From: Nemertoderma westbladi
Lineage: Eukaryota > Animalia > Xenacoelomorpha
DNA length: 64,000 nucleotides
Reading direction: 5' to 3'
Assembly: GCA_032718475.1 (NCBI GenBank)
Contig: JAUCBJ010001966.1
Coordinates: forward strand, 18,236-82,235
Below the pieces are notes generated by a model. The model was not told the origin of the DNA, searched no databases, and saw only the letters and a list, made by a program, of their open reading frames with translations. The translations under genes and the position numbers were made by a program. Of the stretch, positions 26,258-38,942 are shown piece by piece (the stretch's first letter is position 1; every line of letters begins with the position of its first letter).

Positions 26258-28264
26258 GACGTTTAGCCACTTCCAAGAGTCATCCCTCCCATTGTATCGA
26301 AAGCTAAATATATTGCCAGTTGAAAATTTATATAAATATCAAGTTTGCAGCATTATGTACGACGTTAGCCGAGATTTATCCTCGCCCTTATCACAATTAT
26401 TTACTAAACTTTCAACACATCACTCATATAACACAAGAGCTGCAGCAGCGGGAGGCTTTCATTTCCCAAGGGTAAGTCTAAATATAGCGCACCAATCGTT
26501 AGCAATGCAAGGTCCCAAACTGTGGAATACCTTAGACCCAGAAATTCGACGTATACCTAATAAATCTATTTTTTTGAAAAAATTAAAATCGTTTTACCTA
26601 TATTCTCAAAACCGTTAGAATCTGTTAAGGGTACTAATAAATTAACTAAAAACAAGTACTAACTATCTCCTTCACACAATCTTTTAATTTAATATAACAA
26701 AGTTTCAACATTGATTTAATCTGGGCCTTCATTCACAAACTATTTTGTTATTTAGCAGTCTTGTTTTATTGAACCGTACTGTTTTTGTTATACACAACAC
26801 ACCTTGTCTATTGTCAATCTCCGTATATATATATACTTTTATGTATGTATGTAATTTATAATGTGGTTATGTATCAATTGTACCTTACTGTCATTTGGGT
26901 GATTCGTTTATATCTTTGTTTATGTTTTTGTTTTTTTCTTTTTGGCTTTGCTGGCAAGTTCATCTGTTTTTTTCTTCTTAGTTCTTTCTTATATAGTAAA
27001 TAATATTATAATATTCTTAGGTTCCGCATCCCTACCCTACCTCACCAACCACCCCCCCCCCTCCCCCACCAACCACCCCATTAGGTAGATAGTTACTTAC
27101 TAGCGTTGCTATAAAACTATCTCCCTACCACTTTATATTATACAGAAATTATGGTGTTAAATTGTTTGTGAATTTATTTTGTGGAAAATAAACTTATCTT
27201 ATCTAGTAGTTATTGTTCTAGTAGTTCTCAATACATTGCAAGTCAAATTCTTATTTGACGACACTGCTACCGGGGTATACTACACATCCTCGACTGGTAC
27301 AAATTGTCTGACAGCAGGGTCCCTGAACGAAACCGGAAGTCTAATTGGAAGGGAGGTAGATATTCTACTAGGGAGGCACCTAAGGATCGGATATGGGTCT
27401 TTCGATATTCTCACCCCCATGATGAAAGATATCCCTTCAGTGACAGAACATCCAGTAAGCAACCGAGGGTGGACTCTCTATAGCCGAGGGGCACTTGTAT
27501 AATAACTAATAATCACGAACCCCATCCTCTTATAATATATAACTCTGTAGTAGTCAGTAGCAGTAGTAATAATAGTAGTAGTAGTAGTAGTATAAGTAGT
27601 AAGTAATAGTAAAGGAGATCGGTTTAAACCAAAGTGATAAAGTAACATTATTATATAACGTAATCATATAGACAAAGTAGAATAAGATACAGATTCATAA
27701 TTATTTTATCAAACTCATGTACTACTTACTTCAATGTGCCAATTGTAACAATAATTAAACATATTATTCCGATTAATCTGCGTTTGGCCCTATAAGATAT
27801 TATACTGAAGTGTTTTATATCAATATATCCATGCGAGTAAACAAGAAGTGAAGTAAATGTTTATTATTATAGTTTTAGAAATTGAATGATATACCCAAGA
27901 TAGTGAAATAGATAATATACAAGAAATTGCCATTTGATCAGATATATCAAAGCGGCGTCTTTAGTATAATACCGTAATAGTATCAATTAACTCTGTTATA
28001 CAATGTAAATATACTAAATCTATTTATAAATATATTATGAGCCCTACATTGTATATTTCTCCTACAGGTAGACAATGTAGTATGTTAAAACTTGATATAA
28101 TTTGGTATAATGTATAACATATTACAAATAAGACTGAGGCAGCTAAACTATATTGCAAAGAAATCAAATATCCTAAAGTAATATACTAGACCCTCCCTCC
28201 ACCCTATAAATAGTGTTCACCACCTACCCCACCCACCGCCCTTATTACTTCATAATAATGAAAG

Positions 28265-30265
28265 ATAGTACTGGCGCTCCGGTCACTCCGTTCCCTCCGC
28301 TGGGGGGGTTAAGTTGTAGGTTTTGACACTATGCAAAATCCGAGCACAGAGTTAGAAGCGCATTGGATAGGCGAACATTTCTTGCAGTGAAAGTATTTCC
28401 ATACCTATTATAGTTTTCGAGATAGTCAGACATGAGTAGCTAAAATTTGAATTTTTTTGGTAAAGTCTGATTTCACCGGTACCTATCATCCGAAATATGG
28501 ATTGTGATATATCGTTAGATGCGGGTCCACTAACTGTACATTCACATATTTTCAAGGAAAAAATTCGATCAAGGGTTTTCGAAATATTTTCGAATTACCG
28601 GAAGCAGACTTTGGACGACCATATCTCCGGTACCGGTAGGCCTATTGAGTCGAAATTTTTTTTAATCTACTTAGAACACTCCAGTGAATGTTTTTTAGTT
28701 TGAAAGTTTTGCCCCAAAATGCTCAGAAGTAATTTCGAAAAAACTGATCATTTCGCGATCATGATCTTTTGACCCCCTAGAATTGAACTTTTTTATGGTC
28801 AAATTTTGGCTACCCCCCCTAATTCGAGGGTGAGGAATCTTTTTGTAATGTTAAGTTTTTTCATACGGTGAACTCACAGGACTTGGTCTTCGAAATAAAA
28901 CCGAAAACATGATCTTTCCTGATCATGGCCTGATCAAATCGCTTTTTGAAAATTTTGAAATTCTCAAAAGTTGCCCCTTCTTAATAGAAGTCGATTAGTA
29001 AAAAAAAAATCGGGGGTCTCAAACAAAGTTTTAGAGAAAATCGGGAAAAACTGAAAAACACGATCTTTTATGATCAGGAAGCTGATCTCGAGAACTGGTT
29101 GCCCGATCGAGCCAATTTTTTTTTTAATCAACTCAGAATAGACCATTGCACATTTCTTACAATGAATGTTTATTAGAAAAATGCTTAGATTCGATTTTAA
29201 ATATACTGATCTTTTCGCGATCATGATCTTGAGTTTTGACCCACTAGACTTGAACTTTTTTATGCCCAAATTTTGGCTACCCCCCATAATTCGAGGGCGA
29301 GGAATCTTTTTGCGATGTTAAGTTTTTCCATACGGTGAACTCCCAGGACTTGGTCTTCAAAATAAAACCGAAAACACGATCTTTTCTGATCGCGGCCTGA
29401 TCAAATCGCTTTTTGAAAATTTCGAAATGCTCAAACGTTGCCCCTTCATCATAGAAGTCGATTCGTAAAAAAAAATCGGGGGTTTCAAACAAAGTTTTCG
29501 AGAAAATTTGAAAAAACCGAAAAATATCATCTTTAATGATCAGGTATCAGATCTCGAGAACCGGTTGTCCGATCGGGCCAATGTTTTTTTTAATCGACTC
29601 AGGGCGGTGTTCTGAACGTTTCCTACAGTAATTGTTTATATCCAAAATGCTAAGTTACGATTTTACAAAGTCCAATCTTTGCGCGATCATGATCTTGCGT
29701 TTTGACCGGGAAGAATTCCCTTTTTTTAAAATCTTTTAACGGGAATCATGACTAATGTGGGGTCGCTGAATCTTTTTGTAATGTTAAGTTTTTCGATTGG
29801 AGCAAGCCTTGAGTGTCCGATTGCTGATCAAAACTGATCTTTGCTGATCATGGTCAAGATCATGATCGGATCACTCTCAACTTTTTCATTTGAATGTAAA
29901 CCCATATGCTGCCTATCGATTGGCGCCGGTCCCAAGTCCGTAGCATTAGCGGTTCTGGACTTATCTCCATAGCAACGTGGTTGCTAGGGAAGCGGACTTT
30001 TTGACTCAAATTGGCCCTAGCCGGAGAACCGTAGACTTTTTTAAAACATTATGTATGGCAAAAAGTCTTCTGGATAAATTTTGGGGGGGGTCTAGGAACA
30101 TCCTATTGTTCGTTTTCGCTTAGTTGCTGAGATCCTCTCGTCCCCCAAATCCCAGGATTCTATAAAGGCATTCTGCTGGACTAGTTCCGTGGCCGGAATA
30201 GTGTTCGGTGTTCTGCGAACAGAGAACCTAATCGGTTTAGGGCCGTGACCGTCCAGATGGCCATG
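28265..30265. mobile_element. Non-coding repeat element with ~480-bp internal tandem units (probably Helentron/HINE-type); boundaries approximate
   Basis: 28750-29210 repeated at 29212-29680 with a third partial unit; no ORF. Confidence 0.5.
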
Positions 30266-30573
30266 TTTTACAACGTGCTGAACATTTTAGTATAGGTTTG
30301 ATGACAATTGAGTAAAAAATAAACAAGTAGTTGGGAATTTAGTGATGAAAAAGTCAAAATCGACAAACTGAAAAAGGGTTGTTTTATACATAGTCATGAA
30401 TAACAGCCATAAATACTGTTGTAGAAAGTAGAGTTTAGTGGTCAAAAATCATTCAATGGTGAAAACCGATGTAACCACATGTAAGCCCTTCTATCAATCT
30501 AATTTTGTAAATTTACTGAAAATTTCACTCCATTGGAGGTAATAGTCCCCTTAAACGGTTAATTATATTCCAG

Positions 30574-30692
30574 AGGTGTAAGCTACACAGGTTCCCCCAT
30601 AATGTTACTACCAGGCTTCTATGGAGATGAATTGGGTATCAACACAATCACCTCTATTAAACTCGTATGTGAAGAAGCTAAAAAGGTGGATG
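30574..30692 (+). CDS. Host gene exon 4: crystallin Greek key 4 (not in ORF track)
   Basis: Acceptor TATTCCAG|A; GVSYTGSPIMLLPGFYGDELGINTITSIKLVC; joins exon 3 as WRLYGGVSYTG; donor G|GTTAGT. Confidence 0.75.
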
Positions 30693-30770
30693 GTTAGTTA
30701 ATGTTGCATAAAATGGATCTTACCAAACAAAAATGAGCTGAACATGAAAATAAATTTTATACTGAATAGA

Positions 30771-31819
30771 AAGAGTACCCACATATGTTTTACTGTATTT
30801 AGTACCTATGCTTTATACCTATATTGAAATGAACACCGTTTATAAATCAAAAATCTCTAAAAACCCCACCACCAGAACAACCTATCAAATGCAATATAAA
30901 TAACAGACAGACAATTAAAATTTGACATGAGAAATTTAAACTGTAAAACATATCATCCAACCTATAGACCTACAACTACATCCAACCAACCGACCAGCCA
31001 CCTGGCTACGGCTGTGAAGTTAGGCCGGCCCCATCCTGCAGTCCCAGGCCACTGCGCCACTTGGTGCGCAACCCGCGCAGGCAGTGGGAGGTCCCACGGA
31101 CAACTGCAAACAGCACTCGCGAGTGTACCCAACCCATGACGGACGAGTAAGGCTTACCCCACAAGCGGTGCAGTCTGTCCGCGATTATCCGCAGGAATCT
31201 GTTCGCCTGCGTGGCCAACACACCATCACAGGAAACCACGAAAGGCAAGAAGTCTCCACGACGAGCAGTTACTGCGGCTAAATAAAGCCGTTTCTTCTCG
31301 TCTTCCACGGATTCCAACACGGACATGGAGGTGCGGTTAACGTACGACCCGGTGTCAAGATTGGTTGATCGAATATCAAACAACGCCTGAGTCTGTATGT
31401 TAAACGTGCCCCGCACCCCCACGTCACACCGCAGTCCAGCCATGTCTCACCCCTCCAGCTGCTCCCACACCATGGGATCCAACGTGACGTTGCACGGCCC
31501 AAACGCGAGCGCAGCGAGGTCGCCAACGGTGTCCCGCAACTCATTGTGACGTTGGATCACGAGGCCGCCCTTCTTGCAGTTCAACCCATGGTTCTGGTCG
31601 AATGCGGCCCCACACCCGTCACAACGGCTCGGCACTCCCAGGAGGGGTCTACCATACCGCACTGCCAGACCGTCACGGAACTCCTGTGGAGACAGGTCGT
31701 AATGGTGTTCAGTCAGTGGGAGAGTCGACGTCCTGGCGCCGCTTTTAAACTCAGCAGCTCTCCGGATAGTCTGCTGACGCCTCTCCGACATCCTCTCAAG
31801 TGCCTCCTCAAACTCCCCC
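30771..31819 (-). mobile_element. 5'-truncated CRE-clade non-LTR retrotransposon (restriction-like endonuclease end)
   Basis: CDGCG...HGLNCKKGGLVIQRHNELRD; RCDVGVRG...FDIR...EDEKKRLY...FLPFVVSCDG; 13-bp TSD TATACTGAATAGA (30758-30770, 31820-31832). Confidence 0.85.
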
Positions 31820-32003
31820 TATACTGAATAGATCATTAGGTAGTGGAAAACTTAATGGAAACATCTTTATAGTACTACTTCTGTTCTACATTGTGTTCAT
31901 ATATATTAAATAAAAAAACTACTTTTAATAAAAACTCATCATACGTCTTACAGTATCGGGCTTGAAAAATGTAATACTGTATAATGATAACTTTTTACTC
32001 AAG

Positions 32004-32192
32004 ATGAAGAGTGTCGAACCAATTCCGGCCCAAGACCGTTCAGGAATTGCGTTATCCCGTTTACCCATGAAGACTTCGAGTACAATGAATGTAAAGCGAT
32101 TTCTATTGATCAAAGTTGGTGCCCAACTTCAGTTGATGGGAATGGAATGATTGTAGCTGGGAACTGGGGCTACTGCCCTGCAGAATGTCCAG
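32004..32192 (+). CDS. Host gene exon 5: fibronectin type II domain
   Basis: 189-nt phase 1-1 exon: CRTNSGPRPFRNCVIPFTHEDFEYNEC...WCPTSVDGNG...NWGYCPAECP; donor CAG|GTAAGT. Confidence 0.85.
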
Positions 32193-33690
32193 GTAAGTAG
32201 CTGGGAACTGGGGCTACTGCCCTGCAGAATGTCCGGGTAAGTAGCTGGGAACTGGGGTACTGCCCTGCAGAATGTCCAGGTAAGTAGCTGGGAACTGGGG
32301 GTACTGCCCTGCAGAATGTCCAGGTAAGTAGCTGGGAACTGGGGGTACTGCCCTGCAGAATGTCCAGGTAAGTAGCTGGGAACTGGGGCTACTGCCCTGC
32401 AGAATGTCCAGTTATGTAGCTGGGAACTGGGGGTACTGCCCTGCAGAATGTCCAGTTATGTAGCTGGGAACTTTCGCACTGTTGTGTCCCTAGGCAAGAC
32501 ACTTTAGACATTAGTGCCTACGCCAACCCAGCGGTATAATGGGAACCTAGCTTTGCTGGGGTAATGATAATGCAGGCGCCCTGATAAGATCGCACTGATC
32601 CCTAAGGGCGCCTGCAATAACAAAAATAAATTTGTTTATTATTATTATTATTAACTTGGGCTACTGCCCTGCAGAATGTCCAGGTAAGTAGATGGGAACT
32701 GGGGGTACAGCCCTGCAGAATGTCCAGGTAAGTAGCTGGGAACTGGGGCTACTGCCCTGTAGAATGTCCAGGTAAGTAGCTGGGAACTGGGGCCACTGCC
32801 CTGCAGAATGTCCAGGTAAGTGCTGGGAACTGGGGCTACTGCCCTGCAGAATGTCCAGGTAAGTAGATGGGAACTGGGGGTACTGCCCTGCAGAATGTCC
32901 AGGTAAGTAGCTGGGAACTGGGGCCACTGCCCTGCAGAATGTCCAGGTAAGTAGCTGGGAACTGGGGCTACTGCCCTGCAGAATGTCCAGTTATGTAGCT
33001 GGGAACTGGGGCCACTGCCCTGCAGAATGTCTAGGTAAGTAGCTGGGAACTTGGGCTACTGCCCTGCAGAATGTCCAGGTAAGTAGATGGGAACTGGGGG
33101 TACAGCCCTGCAGAATGTCCAGGTAAGTAGCTGGGAACTGGGGCTACTGCCCTGTAGAATGTCCAGGTAAGTAGCTGGGAACTGGGGCCACTGCCCTGCA
33201 GAATGTCCAGGTAAGTGCTGGGAACTGGGGCTACTGCCCTGCAGAATGTCCAGGTAAGTAGATGGGAACTGGGGGTACTGCCCTGCAGAATGTCCAGGTA
33301 AGTAGCTGGGAACTGGGGCCACTGCCCTGCAGAATGTCCAGGTAAGTGCTGGGAACTGGGGCTACTGCCCTGCAGAATGTCCAGATAAGTGCTGGGAACT
33401 GGGGGTACTGCCCTGCAGAATGTCCAGTTATGTAGCTGGGAACTGGGGGTACTGCCCTGCAGAATGTCCAGTTATGTAGCTGGGAACTGGGGCTACTGCC
33501 CTGCAGAATGTCCAGGTAAGTAGCTGGGAACTGGGGCTACTGCCCTGCAGAATGTCCAGGTAAGTAGCTGGGAACTGGGGCTACTGCCCTGCAGAATGTC
33601 CAGGTAAGTAGCTGGGAACTGGGGCTACTGCCCTGCAGAATGTCCAAGTAAAAGTAACTGGGAACTGGGGCTACTGCCCTGCGGACTGTA
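32153..33690. repeat. 44-bp minisatellite derived from the exon 5/intron 5 junction, ~30 units, with a 395-bp higher-order duplication
   Basis: Unit GCTGGGAACTGGGGCTACTGCCCTGCAGAATGTCCAGGTAAGTA; identical ORFs at 32661 and 33056 mark the higher-order repeat. Confidence 0.95.
32472..32653 (+). mobile_element. Truncated SINE (conserved central domain plus TTA tail) inserted in the minisatellite
   Basis: TTGTGTCCCTAGGCAAGACACTT...AACCCAGCGGTATAATGGGAACC resembles CORE/Meta-type SINE domain; TGCAGGCGCCCT/AGGGCGCCTGCA hairpin; (TTA)n tail. Confidence 0.65.
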
Positions 33691-34639
33691 AGAACATCAT
33701 TATGTTCTTGAAGTACTCTCTATCACAGCTCAGGTACCCCTGGAACTGTATGTCGATCTACAGTAGTAGGCAACGGAACCTGCATAACTAAAGTTGTGTC
33801 AGTTGAAAATAATCAAGTAAAAATAGGCCAAGATCAGGTATTAATTTATTTATTCAGGCTATTTATCATTGTATTATTTTTATCGCATTTTACAAATATG
33901 TTTCTCAAAAAATATATAATTAAGCCCAGAAGCCCACCCAATGCAAGATTTATGTGAATAACTAAAACCGACTCTGTCTCTTATGAACCCACAGCTTGGA
34001 GTCTACTACTACCCTACCCTACAAATATCAAATAACTGAACTTCAGTAATCATAAATTGCTTATTAACACTACTACCTACTATACCACTACTTACTTAGA
34101 GTCAGACTACAGCAGCCATAAGGCTTTTTTCCTATTTACTGTGATTGCCTTTGGTTTCACATAGGCTAATTTCGGGTGGCCGAAGAATATAATCCAAAAC
34201 ATAACCCTGCATTGTCATCTATATTGCACTGGTTTGCAGTATACACTGTGTGTGGATACAGGTGTAGTGAGAAAATAAACAGAACATGTCGTAAGCGATT
34301 TATACCAGGATATGTGTAGCAGGATATTATGTCTTAGGCAAATTCTTTGTAGTAAGTTTTGTGCCCATGTCACTGAGGTAATAATTTTTTAAGCTAATAT
34401 TTAAGTAAGTGTTATTAACTTACTTGAAAATTAGCTGGCAAATTCTTGATACTCCAGCTTGGAATATCTGTGATGTGAGCTTTGGTCTAGGTTTGTCAAG
34501 TCATATATCGTTACTGTCATGAAAGAACAACACAAGTCCAAAAATCAAAATTGTTTGGGAATGACTCCCTGCTCCCCATTTTGCCTATTTCTGGTTGAGT
34601 GCACTAAAAACGGTCCTACCATAATATCGCATTAAAATA

Positions 34640-34790
34640 ATACTCTACTACTAAGTGTTTTATGCCTTCCACCAACCTGGTGGCTAATTCCCCCAGATCC
34701 TTCCAGGCTTCCCGATTCTCCATAGTTGTCGCAATTTCGTTTTTCCGAAGTTCAGTACCCCTTTCAAGTTGGACTATATGTAATAACCAC
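34640..34790 (-). mobile_element. RTE LINE 3'-end fragment
   Basis: IVQLERGTELRKNEIATTMENREAWKDL resembles RTE C-terminus; short TAG tail. Confidence 0.45.
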
Positions 34791-35058
34791 TCATCCATGG
34801 TTTCACTTTCTTTGTGTTGGTTGCCAGAAAAGTAGATATTGTTTGACCTCATGTTTACTTCATTACTTTACTAAAAAGGTAAATTGACAGAAAATGAAGC
34901 AAGTAAAATGAAGCATAAAGGACTAGTAAAATGAAAAAAATAAGGCACTAAATATAAAAGATAAAAAAAGAAGAAATATATCGCAATAAAGTAATTAAAA
35001 AGGAAATTGTCCTATTCTCACGACCGAAATATATAATTTAATTATATAATTTTTGCAG

Positions 35059-35190
35059 ACATCAACGAATGCCTTCAAAACGTCGACGATTGTCATTTGT
35101 TAGCAACTTGTACCAATACTGATGGTAACTATACTTGTGAATGCAATTATGGATATCCTGGTACTGGCAAACTGTGCACTCGATCACTAG
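35059..35190 (+). CDS. Host gene exon 6: calcium-binding EGF domain
   Basis: 132-nt phase 1-1 exon DINECLQNVDDCHLLATCTNTDGNYTCECNYGYPGTGKLC; TTTGCAG acceptor, GTAAGT donor. Confidence 0.9.
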
Positions 35191-35389
35191 GTAAGTTGTC
35201 AGTTATTCCAACATGTTTGTTTATGTTGGTTTCAGAACACGTTTTCAAACATACTATAATTATTGTCTGTTCGAGAACGGAATATACTGATATAAAACCT
35301 GAATCAAATTAATCTGTATAACTACTGAGGCCATAGGCCGAAGTAGTTATACATGATTTATTTCCTGAAGGTATTATAGCCGTATATTC

Positions 35390-35540
35390 CGTTGCCCTTC
35401 TTGGGAACTGGCACCAACTTATTTGTTTTCATTTCTTGTGGGACTCTTGTTGTTCGGTACATGTCTACTATGATGGGATAGATGAGCTTTAAACACTCAG
35501 GTATTTTAAAGACCTCAGGGGGAACTCCATTAAAACGATA
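35390..35540 (-). mobile_element. Internal RTE fragment
   Basis: Similar to 53441-53590 of the RTE element. Confidence 0.7.
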
Positions 35541-36391
35541 TGGTGATAATATAAATCTTTGACTTACGCATTTGTTACCATCAAAGCGACCGATGATACT
35601 GAGCCATATTTAGTGTTTGTTTTGCAAAACCAAAAATCAATTACTCATAAAATAAAAATAATAGCCGCAAGTTGGGCATCATAGTTTATAATGACCATCT
35701 CTGGACAGTATAAGCCACCACCATGCAGTAACACTGCCCAAGTAAGTAACACCAGTACTGTGTTTCAGGCCTATGTTTTTTGTATGTAAAGTATGACTTC
35801 TTGTTGTATGTGATCATGATGGGGTATTGCAAGATATGCAACACATTCAACATTCAAGGAGGTTAAAACATAATAATTTCAGCAGTCACTGATTGGTCAG
35901 TGAAATGGCCTACCAATCATATAGCGCTTGAATTAGGTGCTTTTAATGACAATAATGATCTCCATTATCCCATGGAGATGGTTTAGTGGGCACAACCGGT
36001 AAAACTTGATCGAAACCAGAGAAGAAAAGTCGCACCAATAATTGCTAGATAGATAGATATTTTATTGATCGGAGTCCAAAAGAAAGATAATACCAAACAC
36101 AAATAAGTATACCTGAATAAAGCAGGAAACATAGAAAAACAGGAATAAATAAACTATATAAAAAAAAACTATAACTATATCATCAGGACGATAAACATAA
36201 TCGAATATATAATAAGGGAAAATATACCTAACTTGAAAGCAACAATAATATATACCTAAAAGGTATATACCTAAAGAAAATATACCTAGCTTGAAAGCAA
36301 CAATAATATATACCTAAAAGGTATATACCTAAAGAAAATATACCTAACTTGGAAGCAACAATAATATATACCTAAAAGGTATATACCTAAA

Positions 36392-36800
36392 TCTCTGGAT
36401 GGCACATTCACAAGAATGCTACTCCGGGTACATTGTGTCAAGTACAATGCACACATCTCCAACCAGACACTATATAACATTGGAGGTGTCTCATTGGTTC
36501 CCCCAAGCTTGACACTAGAACAAAATCGCCTCCGCTTTGCAGGACATTGCTTTCGCCGTGAGGACCAGCCAGTGCATAATCTTGTACTTTGGCAGCCTCA
36601 TGGAGTGAATAAGCATGGTGGACAGCCCATGACTTTCTTGAGACGCATCTTAAAGGACACTGGCCTTAAAGATGCGGATAATCTAGCAAATGTCATGGGT
36701 GATAGGGAGTTGTGGCGGTGCAATTTTGTTGACAAGCCGGCACAGCATTCTTAAAAATGCAGCTGCAATGCAGCATGCCGATCCTAGTAGTAGTAGTAGT
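36392..36800 (+). mobile_element. 5'-truncated RTE copy with (TAG)n tail, inside a ~59-bp tandem repeat
   Basis: RLRFAGHCFRR...LVLWQP; closely similar to 52063-52480; flanked by GTATATACCTAAA. Confidence 0.85.
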
Positions 36801-37673
36801 ATATACCTAAAGAAAATATACCTAACTTGAAAGCAACAATAATATATACCTAAAAGGTATATACCTAAAGAAAATATACCTAACATGAAAGCAACAATAA
36901 TTATATCTGGCAACTGAAAGTAAATTAATATACGTAATATTTTGCCAATCGTCAGTTTACAGGTAGAAATACAAAAATATTAGGCCTAAACAGAAAAGGC
37001 CGAAAACAAAAGAATATGAAAAGCAGAGTATATTTATATGGTTATTACACCAAAAACACAAATAACACATGGTACAAGTGCTGAAACAAAGGCACAGTAG
37101 AGAGTTTGGCGTACTGTAGTAAAGAAAATGGGGAAATTAAACTGATTCAAGGCATTTCAGAGTGGGAAATATAAATGAGGCGGCTGACACAAAATTTGTT
37201 TCATTGAAGAAAATATCAACAGAAGTGAAATTTACGTCTTTGCTGGAATCACGCAAATTCAATAGGAGGGGACATGTGAGAAGGACATGTGATTCGGTTT
37301 GTACTGCACCGCATGTACAAAAACGACGCTCAGGTGTGATATGGAACCACCTGCTGGTTTCAACCGGAAGGTGAGTCGACATAAGCCGAAACCGGGTCCA
37401 CGCTAGATGGTGATGTTCGGGAACAACAATATGCTGAGTGTATACTGGTGGTATTATGAAAGTTGGGTTAATCGAGGAATGGAATGAATGACGTGTACTT
37501 TATGGCGTTTATGGATATCATCAAGCCAGATCACTCATCAGCTACAAAATTTCCATTGGGCCTGGCTAGCAGCCTGTCAATAACCTTACCCATTGGTGTG
37601 GCACTGCGACGTTCCAAATAAATAGCGAAAATTAGAGGGGAGTGTAGTTCGGGTTTGGATAAAATCGATTGAA

Positions 37674-37752
37674 TGTGGGGCGAGCCACGAAGTTGGCGGA
37701 GCCTTAGCGAATTGACACTGTTAGGGGGTGGGTCAATTTATGCAAATAGTTG

Positions 37753-37784
<32 letters not shown>

Positions 37785-38942
37785 GTCGTCGTTGTCGTCG
37801 TCGTTACGATTTTGACATGCTAATAACTTTGTCGGATTTAAAGCTGCCAAGTTGAAAATTTGTAGGTATCAATATGAGCAAAAGTTGAGATTTTTGAGAA
37901 CTTTCAGACACCATCAGTGCAATGGTCTCCCGCTAGAGGGCCACATGTCTAAACATTAAATGCCCTCCCATTTCTTTGCTTTTAATCCGTTTAAGCTGAA
38001 ACTTGGCAGATATGTATTAGACCATTAGCTGTGACTTTCAAAGGAGGCGAATCCATCTGCAGTTCTCCAGTCTGCCGCTAGAGGGCCAAAGGTGTGAAAG
38101 TGAAATCGTTGTCGTCGTTACGATTTTGACATGCTAATAACTTTGTCGGATTTAAAGCTGCCAAGTTGAAAATTTGTAGGTATCAATATGAGCAAAAGTT
38201 GAGATTTTTGAGAGACTTTCAGACACCATCAGTGCAATGGTCTCCCGCTAGAGGGCCACATGTCTAAACATTAAATGCCCTCCCATTTCTTTGCTTTTAA
38301 TCCGTTTAAGCTGAAACTTGGCAGATATGTATTAGACCATTAGCTGTGACTTTCAAAGGAGGCGAATCCATCTGCAGTTCTCCAGTCTGCCGCTAGAGGG
38401 GCAAAGGTCTGAAAGTGAAATCGTTGTTGTTGTTACGATTTTGACATGCTAATAACTTTGTCGGATTTAAAGCTGCCAAGTAGAAAATTTGTAGGTATCA
38501 ATATGAGCTAAAGTTGAGACGTTTGAGAGACTTTCAGACACCATCAGAGCAATAGTCTCCTGCTAGAGGGCCACATGTCTAAACGTTAAATGTCCTCCCA
38601 TTTCTTTGCTTTTAATCCATTTATGCTGAAATTTGGCAGATATGTACTAGACCATTAGCTGTGACTTTGAAAGAAGGAATTGAATTGAATTGAATTGAAG
38701 GCTAATCCGTGTGCAGTTCTTCAGTCTGCCGCTAGAGGGCGAAATGTTTGAAAGTGAAATCTTTCTCCCATCTCGTTATTTATGATCCGTTCAAGCTGAA
38801 ACGTAGCAGATATGTAGTAGAAGTCGGCCTGAGTCTTTGGTGGGCAGTAAACGGTCTGGAGTCCTCCAGTCTGCCGCTAGAGGGCGAAATGTATAACTAA
38901 GTATAATTAAGTCACGTGCTGCGCGAAGGCCCCACTTCGTGT
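37674..38942 (+). mobile_element. Non-autonomous Helentron-like element, copy 2 (one extra internal unit)
   Basis: Near-identical to 5663-6620; interrupts LINE ORF2. Confidence 0.8.

Larger units (their letters stand above)
18400..27203 (+). mobile_element. Near full-length CR1/L2-group (Daphne/Crack-like) LINE, degenerate; 5' boundary approximate
   Basis: ORF1 18861-19907 (coiled coil + RRM-like LEQYGKRHNILVHGI...HRLGK...RPFVVRF); ORF2 23248-26618 APE (HLNIRS, FTETFL, GDFNID, TDHLP) and RT (NYRPISLL, QFGFRK, DLRKAFDT, FADDT) with frameshift and stop; (CTTAT)n tail. Confidence 0.9.

Noticed and set aside
28068-28079. Candidate 12-nt microexon (CCTACAG|GTAGACAATGTA|GTATGT) for the host gene
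   Set aside because: Exons 3 and 4 already join into a well-spaced WRLYGGVSYTG motif; in this phase-2 intron the microexon would read GG|G TAG, an in-frame stop
32153-33690. CRISPR-like appearance of regular repeats (also 48579-50240, 58125-60170)
   Set aside because: Head-to-tail units without unique spacers, no cas genes, eukaryotic context
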